A DNA stretch of 64,000 nucleotides from positions 3,688 to 67,687 of the forward strand of contig NW_013657642.1 in NCBI RefSeq assembly GCF_000142905.1. Direction: 5' to 3'. The position numbers were made by a program, and so were the translations under genes. A model generated the notes under the pieces. That model saw only the letters and a program-made list of their open reading frames with translations. It did not search any database and was not told where the DNA came from. Source of the DNA: Thecamonas trahens ATCC 50062 (lineage: Eukaryota > Protista > Apusomonadida). Shown here piece after piece: positions 11,338 through 22,179 of the stretch; within the stretch, counting starts at the first letter, position 1, and each line of letters opens with the position of its first letter.

Positions 11338-11832
11338 TCACTCTCGTCCCGGATGCGCCGGCTCCCACTCGCCCTTGCGCACAAAGTCCCGCAGCGGACC
11401 AAAGAGCTCGGTGTCGTCCATGGCCTTCAGCGCGCCCCACGCCATCCACTCCCACCCGGCGCACTTGTGCGGCTCGACACGCTCCGGCTCCGGGCAGCCG
11501 GCACCCACATACGCGCACACAAATGGCACAATGGCATGCAGCTTCTCCTCTGGCATTACCGTCCCCAGTACATCAACCGTCTCGAGCGGCGCCACAACCT
11601 GGGCGTTCTCCCCGATGGCGATGCCCGTCTCCTCGGCCAGCTCCCGAATCGCCGTCTCCTCAAACCGCTCACCAAACTCGAGCTTCCCTCCAGGCAGCGC
11701 CAGCAGACCCTCACCATGCGAGTTGAGCCGCCTCCCCACCACCACCGCATTGTCCTCCCGTACCACAAGCACGCCGACGCCCACCAGAATCGTCCCGCTC
11801 TGCTCCATCCCATTCCCAGCCATCGCCGACAT
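11338..11832 (-). CDS. Nudix hydrolase, NUDT15/MTH2-like nucleotide triphosphatase
   Basis: VGVGVLV, GRRLNSHGEG, LPGGKLEFGERFEETAIRELAEETG (Nudix box), EPHKCAGWEW, LFGPL; start could be 11832, 11823 or 11808. Confidence 0.85.
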   Translation of the reverse strand: MSAMAGNGMEQSGTILVGVGVLVVREDNAVVVGRRLNSHGEGLLALPGGKLEFGERFEETAIRELAEETGIAIGENAQVVAPLETVDVLGTVMPEEKLHAIVPFVCAYVGAGCPEPERVEPHKCAGWEWMAWGALKAMDDTELFGPLRDFVRKGEWEPAHPGRE

Positions 11833-12133
11833 AAGCTCGAGAGACAAGAGTATCGCGAGCTACCCGCTGCCCACCGCACCGGTAACCTTCCTCTGCCACC
11901 ACAACTGCATAACCACCGCGATCGCCCCTGCGACCCGTTCCCTGCGCCCGATCAAGTTCTCTCCCCATCCGGCCCAATCGACTCGACGCCTTCCACACTC
12001 TGGTCGCCGTCAGCCGTTCCCCACGCCACGAACGCCCGCTCACCGCACACCGCTCACCGCACCCGCACCGACTGGTTCACCCACCTCACCCTGACCCCCC
12101 TCCTCCCCTCCTCCTTTATCACACGCCTAGCAT

Positions 12134-14584
12134 ATGCTGAGCAGAGCAGGAGCATGGGCGGCGCGGGTGGCGCTTGGAAGCGGAAAGCGGGCCGTGTCGG
12201 CGTCGACAGCGGCGGCAGCGGTGGCGAGGGCATCCGCGCGTCATGGTCGCTCGCTCAGGTCGCCTCCGCAGACACCGGCTTGGGCCACAGGCCTTGCCAT
12301 CTCCTCGCACCTTCCCCTTCAAAGCAGCGCGGTCTTTGCCCTCGCCTCACGCGGCACCGCTCTTCGCGGCTTTTCCTCCTCTTCGCTCGCCCGTAATGAG
12401 CCTGACGCCGCAAAACCCGAGTCGGCCAAGCCCGAGTCGGCCAAGCCCGAGTCGGCCAAGCCCGAGTCGGCCAAGCCCGAGTGGAAGAACCTCCGCCCGG
12501 CAGGCTCCGAGGCTGGCAAGGGCCCTGTTCCTCCCAAGGGTGGTGCGACAGGGCCTGGGACCGGTGCCGGTGCCGGTGCTGGTGCTGGTGTCGGTCGTAA
12601 GGCCGGGCGGCGGACCAAGCCGCTGCCGCCGCCAGAGCCGACGCCGAGGTGGCAAATGGCGCTGGCGTGGACGGCTGCGGGTGGGACGGCGTACTATCTG
12701 TACACCCGCGATACTGGCCCGGCGCCGCATGAGATCGATTGGGTCAAGTTTGAGTCCGAGGTGCTGGCCGTCGGCGAGGTTGCCTCGCTCCGGGTCGTCA
12801 ACGGGACGCAGGTCGAGGTCTTTCTCCGCGACGACTCGGAGCTTGTTGCGAACCGTGACGAGTACGGGCCGGACCGCCCGGTGTACACCTTTTCCATCGG
12901 GAGCATTGACGTGTTTGAGCGCAAGATGGAGGGCGCCCAGCGGTCGCTTGGGGTGCGGTCGGAGGACTTTGTGCCGACCGCATACGTTGACCGGACCTCG
13001 CTCGGTGCCGAGGTTGTGCGGTTCCTGCCGACGCTCCTTCTCATCGGCTTCTTTGTCTTTGTCTACCGCCGCATGACGAGCTCGGGTGGGCCGGCGTCGC
13101 AGCTTGGCTCGATGTTTGGCATGGGCAAGGCCAAGGTCCGCAAGATCACCAAGGAGACCAACATCGGCGTGACATTTAAGGACGTCGCAGGCCTGGAAGA
13201 GGCCAAGGTCGAGGTTGCCGAGTACGTCGAGTTTTTCAAGGACCCAGAGCGGTTCACCAAGCTCGGCGCCAAGATGCCCAAGGGCGTCCTGTTGACGGGC
13301 CCGCCCGGGACAGGCAAGACGCTGCTGGCCAAGGCCATGGCCGGCGAGGCCGGCAAGCCGTTCCTCTCCATCTCGGGTTCCGAGTTCCTGGAGATGTTTG
13401 CGGGCGTCGGCCCGTCCCGCGTCCGTGACCTCTTCAAGCAGGCGCGGACCGAGGCACCGTGCATTGTGTTCATCGACGAGATCGACGCCATCGGCCGCAA
13501 GCGCGGCTCGCGCAAGATGGGCGGCAACGACGAGCGCGAGAACACGCTCAACCAGCTGTTGGTCGAGATGGACGGCTTTGCCTCGTCCACGGGCGTCATT
13601 GTGATGGCAGCGACAAACCGGGCAGACATCCTAGACCCGGCGCTGCTGCGGCCGGGCCGCTTTGACCGCCAGGTCACCGTCGACGCCGCCGACCTCGACG
13701 GCCGCCGCGACATCTTCAAGGTCCACCTCAAGAACATCAAGATTGCGCCGACCGGCGACAATGCCGCCGTGAGCGCCGACGAGCTCGAGACCATTGCCGC
13801 TCAGCTCGCCAAGCTCACGCCGGGCTTCTCGGGCGCCGACATTGCCAACGTGTGCAACGAGGCTGCACTCATTGCGGCGCGGACAGACAAGCCCGGTGTC
13901 GATCTCGGCGACTTTGAGGCTGCCATCGAGCGCACCATCGGCGGCCTCGAGAAGAAGTCGCGAGTTCTCTCGCCCAAGGAGCGCCGGACGGTGGCGTACC
14001 ACGAGGCCGGCCACGCCGTCGCCGGCTGGTTCCTCGAGCACACCCACCCGCTGCTCAAGGTCTCGATTGTGCCGCGCGGCTCGGCGGCGCTCGGCTACGC
14101 CCAGTACCTGCCCAAGGACCAGTACCTGTACACCACCGAGCAGCTCGACGACATGATGGCCATGACGCTGGCCGGCCGGACGGCCGAGGCGGAGTTCTTT
14201 GGCCGCGTCACCACCGGCGCACAGGACGATCTGCGCAAGGTCACTCGCATGGCCTATGAGAACGTCGTCGCCTACGGCTTCTCTCCGGCCGTCGGCAACG
14301 TCTCGTTCCCGCTGCCGCAGGACGGCGACATGGTGACCGACAAGCCGTACTCGAACACCACCGCCAAGCTCATCGACACCGAGGTCAACACCGCGGTCTC
14401 GCGCGCCTATGCCCGTGCCGAGGCCGTCATCCGCGACCACCGCGAAGACGTCGAGCGCCTTGCCGAGGCCCTACTTGAGCGCGAGGTCATCCGTCGCGAC
14501 GACATTGTCGAGATCCTTGGCCCGCGTCCGTTTGGCGATGTCGCCGACGTGGTCCCGGGGCCCTCGCCGCTCTCGCCGGCGTAA
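12134..14584 (+). CDS. AFG3L2: mitochondrial m-AAA (FtsH-family) protease, AFG3L2/Yta10-12 type
   Basis: Arg/Ser/Ala-rich transit peptide, two TMs flanking [13 protein letters not shown], Walker A GPPGTGKT, Walker [27 protein letters not shown] zinc motif, [15 protein letters not shown]. Confidence 0.93.
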   Translation: MLSRAGAWAARVALGSGKRAVSASTAAAAVARASARHGRSLRSPPQTPAWATGLAISSHLPLQSSAVFALASRGTALRGFSSSSLARNEPDAAKPESAKPESAKPESAKPESAKPEWKNLRPAGSEAGKGPVPPKGGATGPGTGAGAGAGAGVGRKAGRRTKPLPPPEPTPRWQMALAWTAAGGTAYYLYTRDTGPAPHEIDWVKFESEVLAVGEVASLRVVNGTQVEVFLRDDSELVANRDEYGPDRPVYTFSIGSIDVFERKMEGAQRSLGVRSEDFVPTAYVDRTSLGAEVVRFLPTLLLIGFFVFVYRRMTSSGGPASQLGSMFGMGKAKVRKITKETNIGVTFKDVAGLEEAKVEVAEYVEFFKDPERFTKLGAKMPKGVLLTGPPGTGKTLLAKAMAGEAGKPFLSISGSEFLEMFAGVGPSRVRDLFKQARTEAPCIVFIDEIDAIGRKRGSRKMGGNDERENTLNQLLVEMDGFASSTGVIVMAATNRADILDPALLRPGRFDRQVTVDAADLDGRRDIFKVHLKNIKIAPTGDNAAVSADELETIAAQLAKLTPGFSGADIANVCNEAALIAARTDKPGVDLGDFEAAIERTIGGLEKKSRVLSPKERRTVAYHEAGHAVAGWFLEHTHPLLKVSIVPRGSAALGYAQYLPKDQYLYTTEQLDDMMAMTLAGRTAEAEFFGRVTTGAQDDLRKVTRMAYENVVAYGFSPAVGNVSFPLPQDGDMVTDKPYSNTTAKLIDTEVNTAVSRAYARAEAVIRDHREDVERLAEALLEREVIRRDDIVEILGPRPFGDVADVVPGPSPLSPA
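12413..12481 (+). repeat. coding 15-nt tandem repeat (KPESA) x4.6
   Basis: AAGCCCGAGTCGGCC units at 12413, 12428, 12443, 12458 and 12473. Confidence 0.9.
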
Positions 14585-14756
14585 CACGACCGCAAACGCT
14601 AGTTTGTCAAACTATGCTCAATGAGAGGCGCGAGTCCGGCAGGTGTAAACGCCTGACGTGTGCTGGCTGAGTCGGGCGAGGTGCGGGAGCATGCCGGCCG
14701 CCGGCCGCCGCCGCCATACGGAAGCACAGCACTCACGGCTCTCTGTGGGCGACAGC

Positions 14757-16793
14757 ATGCAGAACGCGTCCAAGGAGCAGCTTCTGGAGTTTCTGGCGTG
14801 GCAGAAAAAGAAGCTAGGAGGTACGCATGTATGCCCAGTACCTCCCCTGTGTGTATGTGTTTGGAGGGTGCATGACCTGTGGCGCGGGACTCACGGGTGG
14901 AGACGGGCAGACGCCGAGGCCGCATGTGAGAGCCATGTGGCTCGCGCCGAGGCGGCTGAGGCGCAGGCGAGTGAGTGTGGGGCGCGCATGGATGCGCTAC
15001 TGGTGGGACTGGTCAAGCTTGTGCCGTCGGTGCTAGGTGCGTCTGCAGAGGGAGAGGCGGCCTTTGTGGCGGCGGTGGGCGGCGACGGCGAGGCGAGGCC
15101 GTCTGACGCGGCGCTCAAGGCAGCGGCGAACGACGTAGATGGCGTAGTGGCCCGCATCGGTCGCCACCTTGGCGCCTTGGTCACAGCCAACGACTCGCTG
15201 GAGGAGGAGATGACATCGTTGGTCATGGCCCAGGCTGAGCTGCAGACTGCTGTCGAGGAGGCGCAAGCGCGCGAGGCCGAGCTCGAGCAGGCTGTCCAGC
15301 GAGGTGCAGATGCTGAGGCAGGCCTTGCCGAGCTCAGAGCCAAGCTGGAGGCTGCCGAGTCCAAAGTCGAGGACTGTGAGATGCAGATGGAGGAGCTCGA
15401 GCTCGCGGTCTCGTCGCGCGACGTTGATCTGAATCGGCTTGAAAGTGAGCTGGCCGCTGCACAACAGGCTCTCAAGAACGAGCGCGATGCCCGGGTGAGT
15501 GCAGACACGAACCGCAAGGACGTGGCTAGTCGGGCTACTCAGCTGGAGAAGGCTGTCGAGGCTGCCACTGGTGAGCGTGATGCTGCAACCGCGCGACTCG
15601 ACGAGCTGACATCGCAGCTCGCAGCCTCACAGGCCCGTATTACCGAGTTGAACGCCGTTGTTGTCAGCATTTCCGACGAGCGCAATGCGGTGGTTGCTGA
15701 CCTCGCCACCGCCGAGTCTCGCATCTCTGAGCTGGGAGCTGCAGTTGCCAGCATTACGGAAGAGCGGGGTGCAGCGGTCGCTGACTTTGCCGCCGCCCAA
15801 GCTCGCATCGCCGAGCTCGAGTCCACACTCGCCAGTGTCAAGGCGGAGCGGGTTGCAGAGGACAATGGCCTCACCGCCGCTCAAGCTCGCATCGCCGAGC
15901 TCGAGTCCACACTCGCCAGTGTCAAGGCGGAGCGGGTTGCAGAAGACAATGGCCTCACCGCCGCTCAAGCTCGCATCGCCGAGCTCGAGTCCACACTCGC
16001 CAGTGTCAAGGCGGAGCGGGTTGCAGAAGACAATGGCCTCACCGCCGCTCAAGCTCGCATCGCCGAGCTCGAGTCCACACTCGCCAACATCACGGCAGAA
16101 CGCGATGCCGCCACCCCCCCTACCCCTCCCGACGACACTCGGCTCGCCGCCGCGCAAGCCCGCATCGCCGAGCTCGAGTCCACACTCGCCAACATCACGG
16201 CAGAACGCGATGCCGCCACCCCCCCTACCCCTCCCGACGACACTCGGCTCGCCGCCGCGCAAGCCCGCATCGCCGAGCTCGAGTCCACACTCGCCAACAT
16301 CACGGCAGAACGCGATGCCGCCACCCCCCCTACCCCTCCCGACGACACTCGGCTCGCCGCCGCGCAAGCCCGCATCGCCGAGCTCGAGTCCACACTCGCC
16401 AACATCACGGCAGAACGCGATGCCGCCACCCCCCCTACCCCTCCCGACGACACTCGGCTCGCCGCCGCGCAAGCCCGCATCGCCGAGCTCGAGGCCTCCA
16501 TGGCCACCATGGTCGAAGCTTCGTTCGCCACAGAGCTGCAGCAAAACATGGCAACGCTGATGGCCAACACCCAGACCATCCAGCAGAACTTCCAGTCGGC
16601 TCTCGCCGCCAAGGACGCCCGCCTTGCAGACGTACAGCGGGCGCTTAAGGCTCTCGACGCCCGGACCACCGCGACTGTCACCCGCGCTGCCGAGCGCATC
16701 TCGGCCCAAAACGCGCTCATCGCTGACCTCCACGCCAAGCTCCGTGCCCTCAACGAGCTCAACCTCCAGCTCCGTACTCAGATGACAACATGA
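14757..16793 (+). CDS. long coiled-coil protein with internal tandem repeats; intron 14821-14910
   Basis: Heptad-rich Ala/Glu/Leu sequence throughout; GTACGC..CTCAC..CAG intron after MQNASKEQLLEFLAWQKKKLG. An upstream exon is possible (acceptor-like ACAG ending at 14755). Confidence 0.8.
   Translation: MQNASKEQLLEFLAWQKKKLGGTHVCPVPPLCVCVWRVHDLWRGTHGWRRADAEAACESHVARAEAAEAQASECGARMDALLVGLVKLVPSVLGASAEGEAAFVAAVGGDGEARPSDAALKAAANDVDGVVARIGRHLGALVTANDSLEEEMTSLVMAQAELQTAVEEAQAREAELEQAVQRGADAEAGLAELRAKLEAAESKVEDCEMQMEELELAVSSRDVDLNRLESELAAAQQALKNERDARVSADTNRKDVASRATQLEKAVEAATGERDAATARLDELTSQLAASQARITELNAVVVSISDERNAVVADLATAESRISELGAAVASITEERGAAVADFAAAQARIAELESTLASVKAERVAEDNGLTAAQARIAELESTLASVKAERVAEDNGLTAAQARIAELESTLASVKAERVAEDNGLTAAQARIAELESTLANITAERDAATPPTPPDDTRLAAAQARIAELESTLANITAERDAATPPTPPDDTRLAAAQARIAELESTLANITAERDAATPPTPPDDTRLAAAQARIAELESTLANITAERDAATPPTPPDDTRLAAAQARIAELEASMATMVEASFATELQQNMATLMANTQTIQQNFQSALAAKDARLADVQRALKALDARTTATVTRAAERISAQNALIADLHAKLRALNELNLQLRTQMTT
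14821..14910 (+). other. spliceosomal intron (90 nt, in-frame and stop-free)
   Basis: GTACGC donor, GACTCAC branch, GCAG acceptor; its translation (THVCPVPPLCVCVW) is out of character for the protein. Confidence 0.75.
15792..16493 (+). repeat. coding minisatellite: 3 x 84 nt (28 aa) followed by 4 x 105 nt (35 aa)
   Basis: ARIAELE codons start at 15801, 15885, 15969, 16053, 16158, 16263, 16368 and 16473; copies are near-identical. Confidence 0.95.
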
Positions 16794-16795
16794 AT

Positions 16796-18403
16796 TTACG
16801 CGCGAACATTGGTCCGGTCCGCAAACGGCACCGCCCGCTCGACGGACTTGACCGTCGCGGCCGGCGCGCTCCGCGGCTCGCTTCCCATCAGCGACCGGTC
16901 AAGGTGCGCCTTGACTGTCCGGAACTCGACCTCAAACTTCGCCTTCTTCCCGTCGAGCGCCGCCGCCTCCGCCGCCAGCCGCGCCTGCGCTGCCGCGAGC
17001 TCGCTTGTCTGCGTGCTCACCATCGCCTCGCGCGCCGCCACCTGCTGCTCCCGGAACTCAAGCGCGTCCTCGGCCTCAGCCATCTCGGAGAGGTTGAGGC
17101 AGTCGGGCGCGTCAAAGGCCCTGCCGGGACCTGCTGCAGGTGTGAGGAGCACCTTTTCCAGCGCATGGATCCGGTCCTGCGCCTCGAGACACCCGGGACA
17201 CGGGCCGGTCGCCGCCACTGGCGCTGCAACTGGCGCCGCCGCTGGCTTATCCGCCTTGATCTTGAGCAGCTCGTACGACGATGCCCGCGAGACAAGATCC
17301 GTCAGCCACGTAAACCGCTCCTCGAGCATGCCCTCGGCAAGGAACGCCGTCTCCTCGGTGTAGCTCCCGGCGCCAAAGATGTCGCGGATCGCCACAGGCG
17401 CAGATCCCCAGTCGGCTGCCCCCGCCGCTGCGCCCGAGTCTAGCTCGTCGACCTTGAACACCTCGAGAAGCGCGCTCTGCATGTTGCGGAGCGAGGACCG
17501 AAGCCGCTCGTTGGCTGCGTGCGCATCTTCCCGCGCCGCCACCTCGTCCGCCAGCCGCTGCTCAAGCAGCTTGACTCGTCCGGACGCGTGCTCGGCGTCG
17601 GTCTGCTCTGATGCCCGCACCGTACGCGGCGCGAGGAAGGCCGTTAGCCCACGCGGCATGCTCCGCCCGCCCGCTGCTGCCCCGCCACGACTCCGTCCGC
17701 GTCCGCGCCCGCTGCCTGCCGCACGCACGCTCCGCCCGCCGCCGATCTTGCGTGCAAGCTGCTTGCGGAGCCGGTCGAGCTCGAGCTCGGCGCGCTTTCG
17801 CTCCGCCGTGTACTGCGAGCTCATGGTTGAGATCTCCGACTTGGCCTGCCGCAGCTGGGCAACCAGCTTGCGCTCGCGCTGCGCCAGTCCGCGCGCCTTG
17901 GTTTGAGCCCGCTCGAGATCAACCTCCAGCCGGGTCAGCGCCTCGCCGCGAACGTCCGACTCGTGCTGCGCGCCCTCGGCCGTCACGCCCATCTTCTTGA
18001 GCGCCACCCGCGCCAGCCGCAGTTCCTCCGCCGACTTCTTGCCCTCCTCCAGCGTGCCCTGGTACGCTTCCAGCACCCGTTGGAGCACGTCCAGCACCGC
18101 CTCGCGCCCGCACGCGCTCCCGTCGAGGAGATCGAGCCCGCTGTCCGTGAGGCCAAACTGCTGCAAGCAGGCCTCCAGCAGCCGCGCCTGTCGCGCCGCG
18201 CCGTCATGCTCCGCCACCGCCGCCGGACTCGGTCCCGCCACAGCAGCCTCTTCCACTACACCGCCAAGCACCGCATCGCCGTCGTCAGCAGCGCCCGTCC
18301 CAGGCGTGGCCAGGCTCTCCGCCGGACTCGGCGAGCTGGTGCAGCTGAGGTAAGCCTCAAAGTCGGGCGTCTCACCGCCGGCATCCACCCAGAACGAAGC
18401 CAT
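16796..18403 (-). CDS. ADIP/SSX2IP/Msd1-like centrosomal coiled-coil protein
   Basis: LEACLQQFGL...LDVLQRVL followed by a coiled coil ending SSQYTAERKRAELELDRLRKQL, resembling the ADIP-family QY..xRKE.E..KLKERL pattern; ATG 18403 chosen by context. Confidence 0.55.
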   Translation of the reverse strand: MASFWVDAGGETPDFEAYLSCTSSPSPAESLATPGTGAADDGDAVLGGVVEEAAVAGPSPAAVAEHDGAARQARLLEACLQQFGLTDSGLDLLDGSACGREAVLDVLQRVLEAYQGTLEEGKKSAEELRLARVALKKMGVTAEGAQHESDVRGEALTRLEVDLERAQTKARGLAQRERKLVAQLRQAKSEISTMSSQYTAERKRAELELDRLRKQLARKIGGGRSVRAAGSGRGRGRSRGGAAAGGRSMPRGLTAFLAPRTVRASEQTDAEHASGRVKLLEQRLADEVAAREDAHAANERLRSSLRNMQSALLEVFKVDELDSGAAAGAADWGSAPVAIRDIFGAGSYTEETAFLAEGMLEERFTWLTDLVSRASSYELLKIKADKPAAAPVAAPVAATGPCPGCLEAQDRIHALEKVLLTPAAGPGRAFDAPDCLNLSEMAEAEDALEFREQQVAAREAMVSTQTSELAAAQARLAAEAAALDGKKAKFEVEFRTVKAHLDRSLMGSEPRSAPAATVKSVERAVPFADRTNVRA

Positions 18404-18734
18404 GGTCCAGCAGATGACAGTCGTGTGTGTGCTTCTCTGGCCACAGTCAAGTGTGTCTGCGTCTGCGTCGGTAGTCATCCTTGGCTCGCCCGTCGTCGCT
18501 CCCGCCTCCTCACCCATCTCGCCCGAGTTGGGCGCCAAAGCAATGGCCGCGGCACAAAAATTCAAAAATTTCACGTTTGGCCAAAAAACGGGCAAGCGCA
18601 CCAGCGCCAACGACGTCACCAAGCTCGCCACCCGACTCTCGCAGCTGTCACAGACCAGGAGCTTGTGCACAGACTAGAAAGAAGAGAAAGAAGACGCAGC
18701 TACCGCAGCAGCAGTACCAGCAAGTTTGATTAGT

Positions 18735-20081
18735 ATGGCAGGAGTCGCTCCGCCGTCGTCGTCGTCGGCCTCAGGCTCGGCCTCAGGCTCGTCCAACGGC
18801 CAGGCCGGAAGCATGGGTGAGGCCGGCCTCTCGGCCAGTCGTTACTACTTTTCCCTCGAGGACCCCAAGGAGAACTGGGAAGTGGGTGACAAGGTCGGTG
18901 CCGGCTCGTTTGCCTCGGTCTACAAGGTTCGCCACAAGGGGACCAAGGAGATCTGCGCCGCCAAGATCATCCGCCTCAACAACAAGATGCCCAACGAGTT
19001 TGCCATGGTCAAGGATGAGGTCGACATTCTCCGCGACGCCGCCCACCCCAACATGATCACTCTCTACGCCACTTACAAGCGGACAAACAAGGTGTGGATC
19101 ATCATGGAGTACTGCGGAGGCGGCTCCATCCAGTCGCTCTACCAGAAGCTCCGCCGCCCGATGACCGAAGACGAGATCAAGTTTATCCTCCGCGAGATGC
19201 TCGCTGGCCTCGCCCACATGCATGCCCATGGCATCATCCACCGCGACATCAAGGGCGGCAACGTCCTGCTCACCCACAAGGGTGAGGTCAAGCTCGCCGA
19301 CTTTGGCGTCTCGGCCCAGCTCTCCCACTCGCAGCAGCGCAAGTCCACCATCGTCGGCACTCCGTACTGGATGGCCCCCGAGGTTGTCTATGAGGGTGCC
19401 ACCTACGACGCCAAGGCTGACATCTGGTCGCTCGGCATCACCGCCCTCGAAATGGCCGAGATGGAGCCGCCCAACTCAAAGATGGATCCCAAGATGGCCA
19501 TGTACATGACCCCGTCCATGCCGGCCCCAACCTTCCGCAAGCCGGCCGCCTGGTCCTCGGCCTTCCGCGACTTTGTCCGCCTCACCCTGCAGAAGAATCC
19601 CGCGCGCCGCCCCTCCGCCGCCGCCCTCCTTGCCCATCCCTTCCTTGCTGACGCCTCCATCGCCCCACTCCGCGCTGCCATCACTCTTGTCCGCGCCCGC
19701 GCCAAGGACTCCAAGCGCGCCCGCGCTGCCGCCGCAAAGGCTGCCGCAAAGGCCGGTAAGGCTCCCGCCCAGCCGCACGCCATCCGCCGGCACGCCCCGC
19801 CGCATCCGCAGCACGTGCCGCGCCGCCACCGCGTCGCCGCAAAGGCCTCGCCCAACGCCGCCGGCCAGGCCAACCATCAAGCCGCCGTCCTCGCCCAGGC
19901 CAACCGCCCCATCCAGCCCATGCGCCATCGCATGCCTGCCATGCCTGCCATGGTGGCCTCGCCCGCCCGCCCCGCGCCCATGCCCGGCCTCGCCTCGCCG
20001 CGTCGCGCCGCCCAGAGCCCACGCCTTGGTGCCCACATGCGCTTCCTCCGCGCAAGCAACGAGAACCCGCCGCTCCGTTGA
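18735..20081 (+). CDS. STE20-family (GCK/MST-like) Ser/Thr kinase
   Basis: GAGSFASV, AAKII, WIIMEYCGGGS, HRDIKGGN, DFG, STE20 signature GTPYWMAPEV; basic low-complexity tail. Confidence 0.93.
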   Translation: MAGVAPPSSSSASGSASGSSNGQAGSMGEAGLSASRYYFSLEDPKENWEVGDKVGAGSFASVYKVRHKGTKEICAAKIIRLNNKMPNEFAMVKDEVDILRDAAHPNMITLYATYKRTNKVWIIMEYCGGGSIQSLYQKLRRPMTEDEIKFILREMLAGLAHMHAHGIIHRDIKGGNVLLTHKGEVKLADFGVSAQLSHSQQRKSTIVGTPYWMAPEVVYEGATYDAKADIWSLGITALEMAEMEPPNSKMDPKMAMYMTPSMPAPTFRKPAAWSSAFRDFVRLTLQKNPARRPSAAALLAHPFLADASIAPLRAAITLVRARAKDSKRARAAAAKAAAKAGKAPAQPHAIRRHAPPHPQHVPRRHRVAAKASPNAAGQANHQAAVLAQANRPIQPMRHRMPAMPAMVASPARPAPMPGLASPRRAAQSPRLGAHMRFLRASNENPPLR

Positions 20082-20416
20082 TGCCACCTCCTCCACTCAC
20101 CCTCTCCACACACCCGGTGCGATCGGACCCAAGACAAGGCCAGGCCACTCGATCCGGCCATTGCTCGACACTTGAGCGCCAATGATGCGCAGTATGTACA
20201 ATCGATGTGAACACAGTGAACGCACCACAACCGCCGCCAACCAACAACCGTTCGCCGAATGACGGCCGGCGGCAGCAACCGCCACCGTCAGCAACAGTCA
20301 GCAGCTCACAGGGCGACAGCTCGCCAGCTCGCCAGCTCGCCAGCTCGCCAGCCGACAGTCGACAACTCGCAACCGGGACCAGGACCATCCACCCCACTCC
20401 CTGACGACAGTCGGAG

Positions 20417-22142
20417 ATGCTCCGCAGCCTTGGTATTACAGCGACCCGTGTGGCCGCGTCGGGAGTCCTCGGCGCCGTCCGCCCGCCGTCATCGAGCCTG
20501 CTCTTTGCCGCTACCGCCGGCGCTGCAGCCCCGTCTCGCTCGCTCTCCATCCATGAGCACCTTTCACACCAGCTCCTGGTACGTCGTTCTTTGCCACCCT
20601 CTACCCTCTGCACACCCACGCCCACACCAATCCTACACACACCACCGCGCTCTCCTTGTCATCCTCTATCCAGCCATACAACTCTTGTCCTCCTCCTCTC
20701 CCTCCCCCAATCACTAGCCAAGCTTGGCTATCAACCCATCGCCCTCGCCCGACCAACGGGTCGCCAAACTCGGTCGCCCTTTTTCTTGCTTCACCACCAC
20801 CACCACCACCACCACCACCACCACCACCACCACCCCTTCCCCCCTTCCCCCCCCCCCTCCCTCCCACACACCCTTACACACTCACACCTCCAAACCCCCT
20901 CCCTTCAAACTCGTACTCGTCGTGTACTTGTAGCGCGAGGCCGGTGTCTCGGTTCCTCGTGGTGGCGTGGCCTTTACCCCCGACGAGGCCGTGGCGGTCG
21001 CTGACGAGCTCCCGGGCGATGATGTGGTGATCAAGGCGCAGGTCCTTGCCGGTGGTCGTGGTCTGGGTCTCTTTGAGAACGGACTCAAGGGCGGCGTGCA
21101 CATTGTGTTCAAGAACAAGCTCAAGGACATTGCCTCCAAGATGCTTGGTGGCATCCTCCACACCCAGCAGACCCCGCCCGGCGGCCTCCTCGTCAACCGG
21201 GTCATGCTCGCCGAGCGCCTGATGCTTGAGAAGGAGGTCTACTTTGCTGTCCTCATGGACCGTCAGTACCGCGGCCCGGTCATGGTGGCCTCGTCTGAGG
21301 GCGGTGTCGAAATCGAAAAGGTCGCCGCCGAGACGCCCGACCTCATCTTCAAGGAGCCGGTCGACATCCGCGAGGGCGTCAAGCGCGAGCAGGTCGAGTC
21401 GCTTGCGGCCAAGCTGGGCTTTGAGGGCGACGCCCTCACCCAGGCCGCCGACAACATGGAGCGCATCTACGAGATGTTCATTGCCAAGGACTGCACCATG
21501 GTGGAGATCAACCCGATGGCCAAGCTCACCGACGGCCGTGTCCTCGCCATGGATGCCAAGGTCAACTTTGACGACAACGCCTCCTTCCGCCAGGCCGATA
21601 TCTTTGGCCTCGAGGACAAGTCGCAGGTCGACCCGCGCGAGGTCGAGGCCACCAAGTACGACCTCAACTACATCGGCCTCGACGGCAACGTCGCCTGCCT
21701 CGTCAACGGCGCCGGCCTGGCCATGGCCACCATGGACCAGATCGCCCTCCACGGCGGCGAGCCAGCAAACTTCCTTGACGTCGGCGGCGGCGCCACTGCC
21801 GAGCAGATTGCCGCCGCCTTTAAGATCATCACCTCGGACAAGCAGGTCAAGGTCATCCTCGTCAACATCTTTGGCGGCATCATGCAGTGCAACGTCGTCG
21901 CAGAGGGCATCCTCCAGGGCGGCGAGGCTCTGCGCAACGAGGGCATCGAGCTCCCGCCCGTCGTCGTCCGCCTCCAGGGCACCAACCAGGAGGAGGGCGC
22001 CCGCCTGCTCAACGAGTCGGACCTCGGCCTCATCGCCATCAACGACCTCGACAAGGCCGCCTACAAGGCCGCCACCATCGCTCGCATCGCCGAGGAGGCC
22101 GAGCTCGAGGGCTTTAAGGCCAAGTTTACTCTCCAGCAGTAG
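20417..22142 (+). CDS. succinyl-CoA ligase beta subunit, mitochondrial; exons 20417-20578 and 20934-22142
   Basis: Transit peptide, then LSIHEHLSHQLL|REAGVSVPRG, VIKAQVLAGGRG, EINPM, FDDNASFRQ, LNYIGLDGNVACLVNGAGLAMATMD, PANFLDVGGGA, VNIFGGIMQC; ADP/GDP specificity not resolved. Confidence 0.95.
20579..20933 (+). other. spliceosomal intron (355 nt) containing (CAC)n and poly-C tracts
   Basis: GTACGT donor, CTCAC branch candidate, TAG acceptor; splicing restores the conserved SCS-beta N-terminus. Confidence 0.9.
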
Positions 22143-22179
22143 AGAGCGTCTGTAAACGCGCATTCCCCGCAGCCACCAC

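Noticed and set aside
11832-11910. Upstream in-frame ATG separated from the NUDT15-like ORF by one TAG (possible read-through)
   Set aside because: The upstream peptide has no recognisable features, and downstream ATGs give a complete Nudix protein.
15792-16493. Regular repeat array resembling CRISPR
   Set aside because: No unique spacers; units are in-frame coding repeats in a eukaryotic gene; no cas genes.
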